Source: the human T2T-CHM13v2.0 reference genome, Homo sapiens | Assembly (NCBI RefSeq): GCF_009914755.1 | Contig: NC_060945.1 | Strand: one strand, 5' to 3' | Length of the DNA: 64,000 bases | Shown here: positions 10,601 to 27,005 of the stretch, piece after piece | How the letters are laid out: the number at the start of each line of letters is the position of its first letter | Numbering within the stretch: the stretch's first letter is position 1 | Made by a program: the position numbers and the translations under genes | Notes under the pieces: generated by a model | Seen by the model: the letters and a program-made list of their open reading frames with translations, nothing else | What the model was told of the DNA's origin: nothing | Databases searched by the model: none

Positions 10601-12155
10601 ACCCACTCGCCCTTCAGGAGCATATTGTTAAATTTCCATGTGTTTGTGTAGTTTCCAGAGACTCTTTTATTACTATTTTGTACTTTTATTTCATTGTGTT
10701 CAATTTTATTAGAAAAGATATCTGATAAAATTTCAAATTTTTAAGTTTAAAAAAAATTATTTTGTAACCTGATATATGGTCTATCCTTGAGAATTATCCA
10801 TATGCTGAGTAGAAGAATGAGTATTCCGAAGCCATTGGATCAAATGTTCTGTGAGCATCTATTGGGTCCATTTGGTCTACAGTGCAGATTAGGTCTGATG
10901 TTTCTTTGTGATTTTCTGTCTGAATAATGTATCCAATGCTGGAAGTGGTGTGTTGAAATCTCCAGCTATTGCTGTGTTGAGGTCTATGTCTCTCCTTTTG
11001 GCTTTAATAGTATTTGCCTTATATATCTGGCTGCTCCAATGCTGGGTGCATATATAGTTACACTTGTCATAACCTCTTGCTGAAGTGACCCCTTGCTCAT
11101 TATATAATAAACTTCTTTGCCTCTGTTTATAGTTTGTGTCTTGAGATCTATTTTATTAGATACAAGTACAGCTACTCTTGCTATATCTTTTTCTATCGTG
11201 TTACTTTTTGCCCCTGTGTGTCTTTATGGATGAAGCGTGCTTTTTCCAGGCAACAGATCACCGGGTCTTGGTGTTTTTTTTGTTTATTTTAAATATCTAT
11301 TCAGATACTCTATGTCTTTTGGTTGGAGAGTTTAGTCCATTATTCAGTGTCATTTATTGATAAGTAAGGAGTTATTCCTGCCATGTTGTTATTTGTTTTG
11401 TGGTTGTTTCTTCTTTCTTTCCTTTATTCTTTTTCTTTCTTTGTTTCTTTTTCTTTTTTTTTTTTTTTGGAGACAGAGTCTCGCTCTGTCACCCATGCTC
11501 AAGTGCAGTGATGCAATCTCGGCTCACTGCAACCTTCGCGTCCTGGGTTCAAGCAATTCTGTGCCTCAGACTCCCAAGTAGCTGGGACTACAGGTGCACG
11601 CCACCACATCTGGCTAATTTTTGTATTTTTAGTAGAGATGGGGTTTCACCATCTTGGCCAGGCTGGTCTTGAACCCCTGACCTAGTGATCCACCTGCCTC
11701 GGCCTCCCAAAGTGCTGGGATTACAGTTGTGAGCCATTGCGCTCGGCCCTTTCCTTCATTCTTATATTCCTTTTAGTGATGGTAATTTTCTCTGGTGATA
11801 TGATTTAGATTTTTGCTTTTTATTTTTTGTGTATGAGTTGTGTGATTTTGGTGTGAAGTTACCATAATGCTTCCAACTATTGATTTACAACCCATTATTT
11901 TGAGGTCATAACAACACTTTTTGCCTAAGCAAACAAACAAGCAAAAAGTAAACTAATAAATACTCTACACCTTAACTTTGTTCCCCTGCTTTTTAACATT
12001 TTTGTTGTTTCTATTTAAATCTTATTATATCCTCTATGTCTTGAAAAGTTGCTGTAGTTCTTATTTTTGATCACTTCGTATTTTAGTCTTTCTATTCAAG
12101 GTGTGAGTACTTTACACATCACAAGTATAGTGTTATAGTATTCTATGTTTTTCTG
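7650..12155 (-). mobile_element. Old L1 (L1MA/L1PB-type): end of ORF1, inter-ORF and most of ORF2, degraded
   Basis: ORF2 start region (ATG at 11384, then endonuclease-like sequence), ORF2 C-terminus MFTAALFTIAKIWEQPKC...ILSFATTW at 7650-7925; T-rich plus strand. Confidence 0.9.
11432..11749 (-). mobile_element. AluS inserted in the L1 inter-ORF region
   Basis: Full Alu dimer; TSD ctttcctt(t/c)attctt on both sides. Confidence 0.95.
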
Positions 12156-13230
<1,075 letters not shown>

Positions 13231-13611
13231 TGATGTAAAAACTGAAGAAATATTTAGAAAATTTGCTTAGGAAAGAAATAATAATAATATAAATTCAATT
13301 TTGGGTTTAATGATTTTCTCTGTGGTTTTTGTATTTTCAACTGTAGTCATTTCTATTCTTAATAAAAGGAAATATATTCTTGGAAAGAAAAAAATAAATT
13401 CACATTGATATTTCTACTTTATACTTAATATTACTATTTTTTAGTTAATATATTTGATAATTTTATATTTCTATTCTTAGTTTTACATTGAAATTAGTCA
13501 TACAGGACACTTCATTATTATTCATTTGCATTTTAAAATAATTTATAGAACTTTTTTTAAGTTACAACTAAAATAAAGTACTTAGTGAATTTATGTTTTT
13601 GCTGTAGTTTT

Positions 13612-13920
13612 TCTGTTTGTTTGCTTGTTTTGTTTTGTTTTGAGACGGAGTCCCGCTCTGTTGCCCAGGCTGGAGTGCAATGGTATGACCTCGGCTTACT
13701 GAAGACTCCGCCCCCTGGGTTCAAGCAATCCTCCTGCCTCAGCCTTCCAAGTAGCTGGGATTACAAGTGTGCACCACCATGACCGGCTAATTTTGTACTT
13801 TTAGTAAGGACAGGATTTCACCATGTTGGCCAGGCTGATCTCGAACTCCTGGCCTGAAGTGATCCACCTGGCTCAGCCTGCCAAAGGCTGGGATTATAGG
13901 TGTGAGCCACCATGCCCAGC
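13612..13920 (-). mobile_element. AluS/J
   Basis: Alu dimer with (GTTT)-type tail. Confidence 0.93.
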
Positions 13921-15974
13921 TTGCAGTTTTTTTTTTTTTTAGTATATAATTCAGTATAAACGTTGAGACACAATAGCATCTTGCACTTATAAAAAGTCTT
14001 GCAATATTTACTTTTTTCTGTACCCTTATATCTTTGATTTGATTATTCAATTACCTATAGTAGATATATTTTTCAGTTTCATTTAAATTTTTACATTTAC
14101 TTTTTAATCTTTTGCTTTAAATTTATTTTTGCATATATGAAAAATTTGTGTTGGTGATGAAATTATCTGATAATGTTTTTTCGGAAATTCTAGTTTTCTT
14201 TCTATTTTATCTGTACTTTTCCTCTTCTTGTACACACTATATTAGCTTTTGGTTTCTGCTTTTAGTGTTACTTTTGCCAATTTAAGGAAATATATACCAT
14301 TACCTTCTATGAAAGAATGTGTTCTTACCTTATATGTAAGGTACCTTATATGTAAGAATGTAAATTGAGGAAAAAATAATAAAACTTTTATAAATCCAGT
14401 TTTTGATTTAATGATTTTCTCCATCGTTTTCATATGTGCAATTATCTTCATATATATTCTCACTTATTAAAGGAAATATGTATATTAAAGGCTGCTTAGG
14501 ATGTGGAGAAGGGGTAACCTTCATACACTGTTGGGTGGGAATGTAAATTTTATGTAAGAATGTACACTCTTATATATGTTAGCCTAACATATTTACTTAT
14601 TTACCCTTTGCTCTTTTGATTTAAACTTATATCCTGATGATAACTCTATATTAGTGTATGGAAACCTTCCTCATTCATTTTTACAGCAGCAGATTATTTG
14701 TGTGCAGGTATTAATAGTGTACTTAGCGATCCTCTTATAAGCATTTAAATCATTTCCAGATAGGAAAAAAGCACACAGACACTTTCATCTCAGAGTCTGG
14801 AGTAAGGGTTGAAGCACAATGTGGACTTTAAATTGATATTTTTCTTCTGAATATATATCAGAAATTAACATCAGCATTTATTAAAATGTGAAGTAAGCAG
14901 AAATTCTAGCTTCACCTATCATTAATGAGAATTAGAGAAATTGAATGTAAGTGCATCTGTATTACGTATACATGCATTTTATGAACACATTTATATTTCT
15001 GTCTCATATGTACATATACATGTAGATGTTTAGAGATCTAGATATCAATATAGATAGAGATATTTATCACATAATTATTTTTGATAGAATAAAGGTAGAA
15101 ATTTCTAGGAGTTCAGTGAGAGAGGGCCATGGTTAACTAAAATTTGTAAAAAATTAATTATTGAAAATATTGTGATGGATTTATAGGCATTGATTTCAGG
15201 GCTGCATCGAATATATATTAAAATTGAAAACAAAGTCTTATGACATAATAACAGTTTCATTCCATTGTTTACTGTAAAAAAAGTTTGTCCTATGTTTACA
15301 TGTATTTACGTAAGCAAATATTGACAGAAGCAATGAATGTTTAACAACATCAACCAGTACATGTATATAATCCCATTTTTGGACACAGATCAAATACATC
15401 TCAGCTAATATCATAGAAAGTTGTTTAAATTTGCAGTCACACTCCAATATAGCAAACAAGATCATTGGCATGACGTGAAGAACAGAACTTATAAATTCAC
15501 CACCACTTTCTACCCAGAACTCAGTGATAACAGCTTGTGAGCAAACTTACCTTCTTTGAGTAGGTCACTGGGCTCCCTAAGTTTACTTGGCTCTGATTTT
15601 AGGTTGGCAGTCTAAAGTAAACAATAGCACTTCTTTTGAACCAGATAGGGAAGAATGGCTCTGAAATAGTGCATCCTATATGAATCTTTTCTTTGTATCT
15701 GTATTTAAGGACACCTGAACACATTACTGTTAATGACAAAACATACCTTGGCCATCTTGGAAATTCTTTCATTCAATAGGTTATGAGTCTGTCATGACAT
15801 TTAAAATGATAATTTTGATGAAGACATCACATCACAATGATTAAAAAAATTCCAAGACCTAGAAAAAATTAAAAGTTTATTATATTGAAAATTAAAAATA
15901 GTTAAGGATAGATTTTATAAAGCATTATTGCACCAAAAAAAAATTCTTGGTCAAACATTATGTTGTAATTCTAT

Positions 15975-16100
15975 AATAGACTTTTCCAGTTTGCCCAAGG
16001 CAGTTCTAATTTATACCTGATGTTTCAACACAATAGAAAATAACAGTGCCTTTGACTCTGAACGGAGTGCTATGAATTGAAGAATAGAAATTATATACTC
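15975..16100. mobile_element. MER53-like hAT relic
   Basis: ccagtttgcccaaggcagttctaatttatacctgatgt resembles recalled MER53 consensus. Confidence 0.45.
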
Positions 16101-16299
16101 TGTTTCAGCGTGGATACCACAAGGAATGAGGAAATACTTTCCTCTTAACCACAAACCCTCAAAAACACCAACCTTGTTCCTGTTTTGGGAACTCTGTGCT
16201 AGACATTATCTTAGTCTAGAATACTTACCAAATTGTCTCAAAACTGCCTCAGGGTTGACAGATTTTTGCTTAAATATAATTTTTCAAAGCTTTTTACTG

Positions 16300-16800
16300 A
16301 CTATATTATTTAGGCATACATTCAACTGAAAATAACATAAAACCCAACTAGTATAGCTGAAAAAGTAAGGGATTTACTTGTTCCATGCACCAAATAGTTT
16401 AGAAAGGGTTAGTCGGGCTTGAATGGCAGCTCAATTTTCCATCAAGTACTCAAGAATTTTGTATTCTAGTGTGCTTAAATGAGTACACTTTTGTCCCTAT
16501 TCTTATTGCTTCATGATCTTAAGGTAGCCGCTCCATCTGCAAAATCCATGTTTACAATAGTAAAAGGGTTTTCTCATAGTAAGACTTTCAAATTTTACTT
16601 GGGAACGAATGCCATCTTCAGAGACATTCACCTGCCTCTTCTTGACTGGAACTATATTGTATGAACACACCAAGATGAAAGAGAATGAGAGAAGCGGGTA
16701 TATTTGCATGCAGTCCTGAAAAAAATTGGAATCTGTTAATATGGGAAATAGGGAAACAGATTTGTTGTAAGCAAACGGCAACATACACCACTTTGATCAA
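16300..16800 (-). mobile_element. Old MLT1 (J/K/L-type) LTR
   Basis: Diverged MLT1 hallmarks (aaaacccaact...gggatttacttg; aaggtagccgctccatctgca; ctgaaaaaaattggaatctgtt). Confidence 0.5.
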
Positions 16801-16828
16801 CCAAACTCAAATATTCTTATCTCAGCTT

Positions 16829-17476
<648 letters not shown>

Positions 17477-17782
17477 TTTTTTTTTTTTTTTTTTTTTTTT
17501 CAGACTGAGTCTTGCTCTGTCGCCCAGGCTGGAGTGCAGCCGCGCGATCTCTGCTCACTGCAAGCTCCTCCTCCCGGGTTCACGCCTTTCTGCCTCAGCC
17601 TCCGGAGTAGATGGGACTGCAGGTGCCCACCACCATGGCCGGCTAATTTTGTTTTTGTATTTTTAGTAGAGACGGGGTTTCACCGTGTTAGCCAGGATGG
17701 TCTCGATCTCCTGACCTCGTGATCCGCCCGCCTCGGCCTCCCAAAGTGCTGGGATTACAGGCGTAAGCCACCGTGCCCCACC
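17477..17782 (-). mobile_element. AluY
   Basis: AluY diagnostics (ctgcaagctcc, caccgtgttagccaggatggtctcgatc); poly-T tail. Confidence 0.95.
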
Positions 17783-18075
17783 TGCTATATTCTTAATGAC
17801 TTGATAAGTGTCTAGAATAAATAAATAATTATAGTTTTACATTATATTATTGTATAAATGAATGAGGAAATACATACATGATTGAACAGTCTTGTATTAA
17901 TTAACATAGTAGATGAGACTATAATTTTGAAGGATATCTACTAATAAATATTCAATTATTTATAGTTTTCATAAAGTTGTAGATTCACTGTAAGTCCAAA
18001 AGTTAGCAAATTCTTTTTTAATCATGTTTAATCCTAGAATATTACAGTCATAACTAGGTTGGTGATGCTCTATCC

Positions 18076-18295
18076 CAGTGGTGTCCAATCTTTTGGCTTC
18101 TCTGGGCCACAATGGAAGGAGAAAACTTGTCTTGGGCTACGCATAAAATATATATAACATTGATGATAGCTGATGAGGTTAAAAAAATCACAAAAAAACA
18201 TAATGTTTTAAGAAAGTTTGCAAATTTGTGGTGGGCTGCATTCAATGTGGTCCTGGGCTGCATGTGGCCCATGGGCCTTGGGTTAGACAAGCTTG
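18076..18295 (+). mobile_element. MER30 (hAT-Charlie MITE)
   Basis: cagtggtgtccaatcttttggcttc...ggttagacaagcttg termini; degenerate 8-bp TSD ctctatcc/ctttatac. Confidence 0.9.
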
Positions 18296-19269
18296 CTTTA
18301 TACATCTACTTTAACAATTAAAAGTAGAGAAAAATTATCATAAATTCTGCTATCCTTTGTAGAATCTCTGAATTCAACATTTACTAGAAGTCTCAAAGTT
18401 TGTGTTACACTCAGCATCACATTGAGTGTGACTGCTCAACGGTGGGTCTAATGTGCCACATCTGCATAAAAACCAGAGGTAGCACAGTCACCACCTACAG
18501 TTTCTTCTTATCTTTACTCTTTTCGGATCCTCACTAGTAATGATACTTCATATTGTAATGGCTCCACAAGCTTGGCAGCCATTTCTATGGGGCTCTACTT
18601 GGTAAATGGGACAGGATAATATATCTATGTCTTGTCCAGAACTAGGAAGAAGTGTCGGGATACCAAGAAGAAAAGGAGGAATTAATGCTTCAAGTATTTC
18701 ACAATTGCATTCTTAAGCAAGAACACACAACTCATTGTTTTTCTTCACAGTAAGTCCAAATTTTCTAACATCACTCCTTTTCCGTCTCACACATACACAC
18801 CAATCTATCATCAGATGTGTGTGAATTCAAACAAACTGCCTGTTTTATGAGGTAGTATATTTCAAAAATATTAAGCAATGTCTTTTTCTGTAGTGAGTGT
18901 TTTCTGAAGTCATTTTATCCCTACTCTGTTTCTTGTGGTCAAGAGATGGCTAGATGACTTTCGTCTCAGAAAATAGTTAACATTACAGGAAGGGTACAAT
19001 AAAGTCTCTTTACTTTTAAATTTCGGAAGTTCAGCCACAAGAAGGAACACACAGGACTCCTGTGCACGGACAATGGCTAGAAGAGAAACAGTATGTGAAC
19101 ATGAAAAGCCACATACTTTAAATATTTCCTGTGCCATCAAAAAAGAATGTCAAAGGATAAAAAAATGTAAGTAGATACTGTGGTCCTCCAAGAAAGGGGC
19201 TCACTTGCTGGAAGGGGACTCAGTAGAGAAACTAGAATGCCACATGCATTTGGAGTTACCAGAAAATAG

Positions 19270-19580
<311 letters not shown>

Positions 19581-20859
19581 TCCTCCCTCTTTTTTGAGTT
19601 ATCAACTCAAAGCAAGATGACTTCTTAGTAGAAAGGATGACGAGCCAGAGACATCCTTAAAAATTGTGCATTCTCCATCATGGCATTGAAAAATGAAATG
19701 TTTCCCAAGGCCCTGAGGAGAGTGCTGATGTTGCAGATGCCTTAAATAATGCCTAAGAATTTTCTTTATCTCAATGTGGTGAGAAGGAGGCAGAAGAATG
19801 ATGCCCGTGTACCATGAGTGGCATGGGAAGTCCGCAGAGGTAGAAAAGATAAATAGAGCAGGGACCTTAATGGATCAATGACCAAAACCTGGAAGAGTTA
19901 GTAGATGCCTCAGAGAACTCCAGCAAGAACAGATAACAGAGTACTAGGTGGGGCACCCCTTGCCGGTCCCCATTGCCTATCATCATTGGATATTAGACAC
20001 AACCCTGAGGAAAGAAGTAGATGTTAATTAACTGGAAATATGTTTTCACCACCAGGCAAAATAGGATCTGGAAGTATTATGTCTAGTTACAGAAAATATC
20101 CATTACATTACTTTTACAGCAAATTTATGGACTGAGATTTGTAAACACTATGGTTTTAAACAACATATTCATTGTTTCCTACTTATACCCAGAAAATTCC
20201 AAGAAAGCCATTTGAAAGAGAGATTAGAGCAAGGTATAAGTGAGATGAGAGTATTTTTTTTCTAATAATTTAAGTTTATTCTTAAGGGTACTATGTGTTC
20301 TGCCTTTCTGCATCCAGTAAAAAAAAATATTTAAGACATATTTGCTTTGTTCCATATTTCTTTATTTACTTTATCATTATCCCATGAGTTTACACAAAAA
20401 CTCGAACATATGACAGGGTAAAAAAAATACCGTACCCTTTAAACAGAAGGAGCTTAGAAAATGTTAAGTAACCTTTCACTAAACTTTCTATCATCACATA
20501 CTTTAAATAATTGTGAAAAATTTTCTGTTGTTTGCCAAGTGCCACCAGATGGTCAGGAGGAAAGAGCCAGCAAGAATCCAGCTTATTCTCTGACAACACC
20601 TTTGACAGGTGTAAGCTCCAGATAATCAGAATAGGTACTTCCGTATCTCTTCTCATTCCTCATTCCACGATGTGAAAAGCACATATTAGATCCAACAGTT
20701 CTCATGTGTAACATATGTTCTGTATTTTAATATGAAATAGTTTTTTCATGTCCATTATTCAACAGCTTCCTCTCCAATTGCTGTCGTGACAGGTGGTTGG
20801 CAGTGGCTCAGAAAGGAATCCAATAAGAAATAAAGAAGAATTAAACAAGCATCAGCCCT

Positions 20860-21165
20860 ATGAGAAGCATGCCGGAAGTATCAGGAATTAACACTTCTAA
20901 GAGCAACCTTTAATCAACGACAAAGTAGGAGGCTAAATATCCCATGTTTTATTTTACCCCCATGAGGGACATCTCTGATGTATGCACACGTACACCCTCC
21001 TGAAGATCTCTAGCAGGACAGATGCCTAATTGCTAATAGCTGTAACCTGCTATTAACATATCCTCATTAGATTACTTCATTGCCCTGACTTACTTCCTCA
21101 CTACACTGCCAGTGTTTTCTGAGATCACCTTCCATATAAAGCTTCATCCAAACCCTTACTGCTGT
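20860..21165 (+). mobile_element. LTR16-like ERVL LTR fragment
   Basis: gagcaacctttaatcaacgac...gatcaccttccatataaa...caaaccctt resembles recalled LTR16. Confidence 0.45.
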
Positions 21166-21815
21166 GTCTGCTGCTGGTAGAAGCCAGCTTATATCATCCA
21201 CAATTTCCTGAACTGAGGCAAATGCAAGTACCTTCTCTGTGGAATATTGTGACTCTTTCACAGTACCAGGGAAACTAGGGTTCCCCTCTAGGTTCAGGGT
21301 CCCATTGCCCTTGCGGTTTGCTGTCCATGAATAACAGGACCAGCTCCATGGACCTACATCCAGTGCAATAGCACAGGCTCCCATACTCAGAAAGTGCCCT
21401 CATACTTGGTGCTTAGTGCTCTCCATTTGCTGTCTTAAAATTCTTAATAATGCTATGTTTGCACTTGTGTTTTGTTCAATTTGTTTGAACTTTGCATTTT
21501 GGGGAAATTGAGCACTTACAGGAGGCTTAAGGGACTTAGCTCAAATGCAGCTGGATCTCCTGCCACTTCTCTGACTCTCCCAGGATGGTTTCTTGGCTGC
21601 CAAACCTGTACCCCTGACCCAGACACTGCTGCCAGATGGGCTTAGTAGGGGCCTGGGCTGGTTGCAAGAAATGTCAAGATTGGGTGCTCACCCTGTGCAT
21701 GCTGAGTTTTCCAGCAGAGTGCAGGCACCTATGAGGGTTTGTACTCATCCTGTGGGCATCACCATACCTAAGGGAGCACGTGTCATTAGATAGCAAATGA
21801 AACATCCATGAGAGG

Positions 21816-22305
21816 TATATTAGTTGCTCATTTGATGCCACAAAAATTACGGCAAATTTAGTAGCTTAAAACAATGCAAATTTATTCTCTTATAGTTATG
21901 TAAATTAAGAATCTAAAATGGGTCTCTCTGGGCTTAAATCAAGTTTCCAGGACTGTATTTCTTTCTGGAAGCTCTAAAGTAGAACACATTTTCTTGCCTT
22001 TTCCAAGCTCTAGAGGCAGCCTACATTCCTTGGCTTACGGCTTCTTCCATCTTCAAAGGCAGCTATGGCTTGTCAAGTCTTTCTTACACTGTGTCACTCT
22101 GACACTGATTTTATGCTACCTTTTTCCACATTAAACCACTTCTGAGATAATATTGAGTTCAACAATATAATCCAGCATAATGCTTCATTTTAAAATTAGC
22201 TGATTTGCAACAGTAATTCTTGTTATGCCATGAAAGCAAGATTTCATCAGGTTCTAGGGATTAGGACGTGCATAATTTAGAGAGACAATTATCCTTCCTA
22301 CCACA
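21816..22305 (-). mobile_element. MLT1 (C/D/E-type) solo LTR
   Basis: tatattagtt...cttaaaacaa...tttattctct start, ...cctaccaca end; TSD agagg/aaagg. Confidence 0.85.
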
Positions 22306-22359
22306 AAAGGTTGAGAGAGAGACTGCCGAAAAAGGAAAAAAAATACAAAAAGATATATT

Positions 22360-22527
22360 TTAAAAATTAGCTGGTTGTGGTGACAAGTGCCTGTGGTCCC
22401 CATTACTCCAGAGTCTAAGGTGGGAAAATCATTTGAGCCGAGGTGTTTGAGTCTGCAGTGAGCTGTGATTGTGCCACTGCACTCCAGCCTACGTCACAGA
22501 GCAAGACCTTGTCTCCAAAAAAAAAAC
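22360..22527 (+). mobile_element. Alu right monomer (AluJ/FRAM)
   Basis: Right-arm Alu sequence with A tail. Confidence 0.85.
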
Positions 22528-23020
22528 AATTAAAAAAGGAAAAAACAATTCTGCCATTAAAGCAAGAGACTCACATTATCTTTTGCACTGGACCATGTGT
22601 AGCCAACTCTGGAAAAGGCCTAAGTAGACCCTACACTGACTCTTCTCCTCGTCCGCATCTAGTTCACAGGAAACATTCATGCATCCTTTGCTTCCATAAG
22701 TCCTGGGGCAGCACCCTCTCCCTTGCTCTATGGATGTCTTGTCTTTCTAAGGCATGAGTTCATACATCAGATTTCATCTCTCTCAATTCAGGACCTCTAC
22801 ATTCTCCCATAGAAGTTTACTCACCAGACTTGCAGCGAAAGAGGTAGCATCCTTTATCCTTGCCTGCTGAGTACTCACAGTGCACAGCAACAGCTCTCAC
22901 AAGAAATATTTTCCCACAATTCACCGTATCCACTTCGACAGCTTCTGTATATCTTCAATGCACTAGTTTCCTGTGACTGCTGTAACAAATAATCAAAAAC
23001 TAGGTGACTTAAAGCAAATT

Positions 23021-23337
23021 GGCTCAGTGTGGTGGCTCACGCATGTGATCTCAGCCCTTTGGGAGGCTGAGGTGCAAGAACTTCTTGAGCCCAGGAGTTC
23101 AAGACCAGCCTGAGCAACATAGTGAGACCCATGTCTCTATAATTTTTTTTTTAATTAGCTGGGCTTGGTGGCACATATCTGTGGTCACAGCTATTTGGAA
23201 GGCTGAGGTGGAGGATCGCTTGAGACCAGGAAGTTCAAGGCTGCAATCCAGCTGTGTTCATGCCACTAAACTCCAGCCTAGGTGACAGAGTGAAATCCCA
23301 TCTCAAAACAAAGAATGAAAGAAAAGAAAATAAAGAA
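23021..23337 (+). mobile_element. AluJ
   Basis: Diverged Alu dimer with AluJ features. Confidence 0.9.
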
Positions 23338-23376
23338 ACAGAATTTTTTTTTCTATACTTCCAGAATCTGAAATTG

Positions 23377-23758
<382 letters not shown>

Positions 23759-24242
23759 CTAGGACAGAATACATTCATGTGTCTTCCAGCTTCTGATGGC
23801 AGCCTGAATTTCTTCCCTCATAAACCACATTGCTCCAATTTTCAAGGTCAGTCTCTTCAATTTTTTTTTTTTTTTTTGCTTCTTCTGTCTCTTTTTTAAG
23901 GAGACAGGTATTTGCATTTAGGGTTCAACCAAACAACCCAGGATAATACCCTCATTTCAAGATCATTAACTTGACATCATCTGCAAAAACTTTGTCATGT
24001 AACATTGACAGACTGCAAGGATTAAGACTTAGATTTTGGGGGAGAGGTTGAGGTAGGGAATTTTCAGCCTGCAACAGTTTATTTGACTCTGTAATGAACA
24101 TTCAGGAGCTGAAGGGCATATGGCCTGATCATACAATTCTAAACTTTTTAAAACTTAGGTACCAGAGACATTCCTGCAGGCCTCACTTGATGGTTAAGAA
24201 ATGGATTAGGGGAGTAGTTCTTCCTGGATGACTGTCACTTGC

Positions 24243-26019
24243 TTATATGGTTTGGCTTTGTCCCCACCAAAGTCTCAACTTGAATTGTAACTCCCATAAT
24301 TCCCACGTGTTGTGGGAGGGATCAAGTGGGAGGTATTGAATCATGGGGGTGGTTTCCCCTATACTGTTCTCATGGTAGTGAATCAGTCTCATGAGAGCTG
24401 ATGATTTTATAAGGGATTTCCCCTTTTGCTTGGCTTTCATTATCTCTTGACTGCAGCCATCCATGTAAGTTGTGACTTTGCTCCTCCTTGCCTTCTGCTG
24501 TGATTCTGAGGCCTCCCCAGACATGTGGAACTGTGAGTCAATTAAATCTCTTTCCTTTATAAATTACCCCGTCTCAGGTATGTCTTTATCAGCAGTGTGA
24601 AAATGGACTAATACAGTAAATTGGACTGGTAAAGTGGGGTGCGCCATAAAGATACCCAAAAATATGAAAGCGACTTTGGAATTGGGTAATAGGCAAAGGT
24701 TGGAACAGTTTGGAGGGCTCAGAAGAAGATAGGAAAATGTGGGAAAGTTTGGAACTTCTTAGAAACTTTCATGGCTTTGACCAAAATGCTGATAGTAATA
24801 TCGATAATAAAGTCCAGGCTGAGGTGGTCTCAGATTGAGATGAGGAACTGGTTGGGAACTGAAACAAAGGTGACTCTTGCTGTTTTAGCAAAGAGACTGA
24901 CAGCATTTTGCCCCTGCCGTAGAGATTTGTGGAACTTTGAACTTGAGGGAGATGATTTAGGGTATCTGGCAGAAGAAATTTCTAAGCAGTAAAGCAATCA
25001 AGAGGTGACTTGAGTACTCTTAAAAGCATTCAGTTTTATGCATTCACAGACAGATGGTTTGGAATTGGAATTGGAACTTATGTTTAAAAGGGAAGCAGAG
25101 CATTCTGCTTTCACAGGCTGGCACTGAGTGACTGTAGCTTTTTCAGGTGCATGGGGCAAGCTATCAGCATTAACTCAAAAGTCCACAGTCCAAAGTCTCA
25201 TCTGAGACAAGGCAAGTCCCTTCTGCCTATAAGCCTGTAAACTCAATTGCAAGTTAGTTAATTCCTAGATACAATGTGGGTATAGGCATTGGGTAAATAC
25301 AACCATTCCAAATGGGAAAAATTGGCCATAAAAAATGAGATACAGGTCCCATGCAAGTCTGAAATCCAGTGAGGCAGTCAAATCTTAAAGCTCCAAAATG
25401 ATCTTCTTTGACTCCAAGTCTCACATCCAGGTCATGGTGGATTGTATTTAGGAAGTATCTAGGAAGTAACTAACTTGCAATTGATTTTACAGGCTCATAG
25501 GCAGAAGGGAATTGCCTTGTCTCAGATGAGACTTTGGACTGTGGACTTTTGAGTTAATGCTGAAATGAGTTAAAACTTTGGGGTACTGTTGGGAAGGCAT
25601 GATTGGTTTTGAAATGTGAGGACATGAGATTTGGGAGGGGCCAGGGGGAGAATAGTATGGTTTGACTCTGTCCCCACCCAAATCTCACCTTAAATTTTAG
25701 CTCCCATAATTCTCATGTGTTATGGGAGGAACCTAGTGGGAGATAATTGAATCATAGGTGCCGTTTCCCCCATACTGTTCTTGTGGTAAGTCTCATGAGA
25801 TCTGATGATTTTACAAGGGTATCCCCTTTCTGCATGGCTCCCATTCTCTCTTGACTGCTGCCATCCATGGAAGATATGACTTTGCTCCTCCTTTCCTCCT
25901 CCTATGATTGTGAGGCCTCCCCAGCCTTGTGGAACTGTGAGTCAATCAAACCTCTTTTCTTTATACATTACCAAGTCTTGGGTATGTCTTTATCAGCAGT
26001 GTGAAAACGGATTAATACA
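24243..26019 (+). mobile_element. THE1C-like MaLR with two LTRs and rearranged internal region
   Basis: LTRs 24243-24615 and 25653-26019, both ending taataca; TSD cttgc/cttgt; internal region shortened and partly inverted. Confidence 0.92.
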
Positions 26020-26291
26020 CTTGTCTACAGTTTCTGTAGCTTAAGTATCAGCGGTGGGGTCTGAGACCTGGGTTTTTGCTATTTACAGGCCTTCCCAGAG
26101 ATGGGAATAAATAGGAATCCAAGGTGAAAAAAAAAATGCCTTCCACGTTTCTCTAAATTGCTTTTGTAATTTCTTCATATGATGAGGTCTCTCTTTCCCT
26201 CACTCTGGCAATTCATAACTCTTCTATTGGCTCCTCAGTCAAAACAGACATAATGAGAGTTCCATTTGCCATTAGTTATTCAGAAGAATAA

Positions 26292-26618
<327 letters not shown>

Positions 26619-26968
26619 GAACATTTTTAAATTTATCAATCATCATCACTCAGTTATGATAAGTGCTAAGTGTACAAATAATAACCTGGATAGTAACTTG
26701 AGGACACAACTTGAAAAGGTCATGTTACTAATGAATAACTCCATTGGCTAGAGAGATCACTGTCAGGTTAAAAGTTTCAGAAGTATATGTGAATAGTAGT
26801 GTCCATAAAATGCAAATGTATGTAGCTAAATGATTTTAGGAATTTCCTGTATTCTCTCAACTCAGTGGTTTTTATCTGGAAATGAATACAATTAATGTTC
26901 TTGCAAAGGTAATATAAAAGTGCAAAATGAAGTAAAAACTGTAAAAAGCACTTTGCACTAACTCCTTC

Positions 26969-26971
<3 letters not shown>

Positions 26972-27005
<34 letters not shown>

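Larger units (their letters stand above)
21335..22611 (+). mobile_element. MER45 (hAT-Tip100) host element with nested MLT1 and Alu monomer
   Basis: 5' caggaccagctccatgg...cttaaaattcttaataa and 3' ttttgcactggacc...gtagccaactctg match MER45 ends. Confidence 0.75.
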
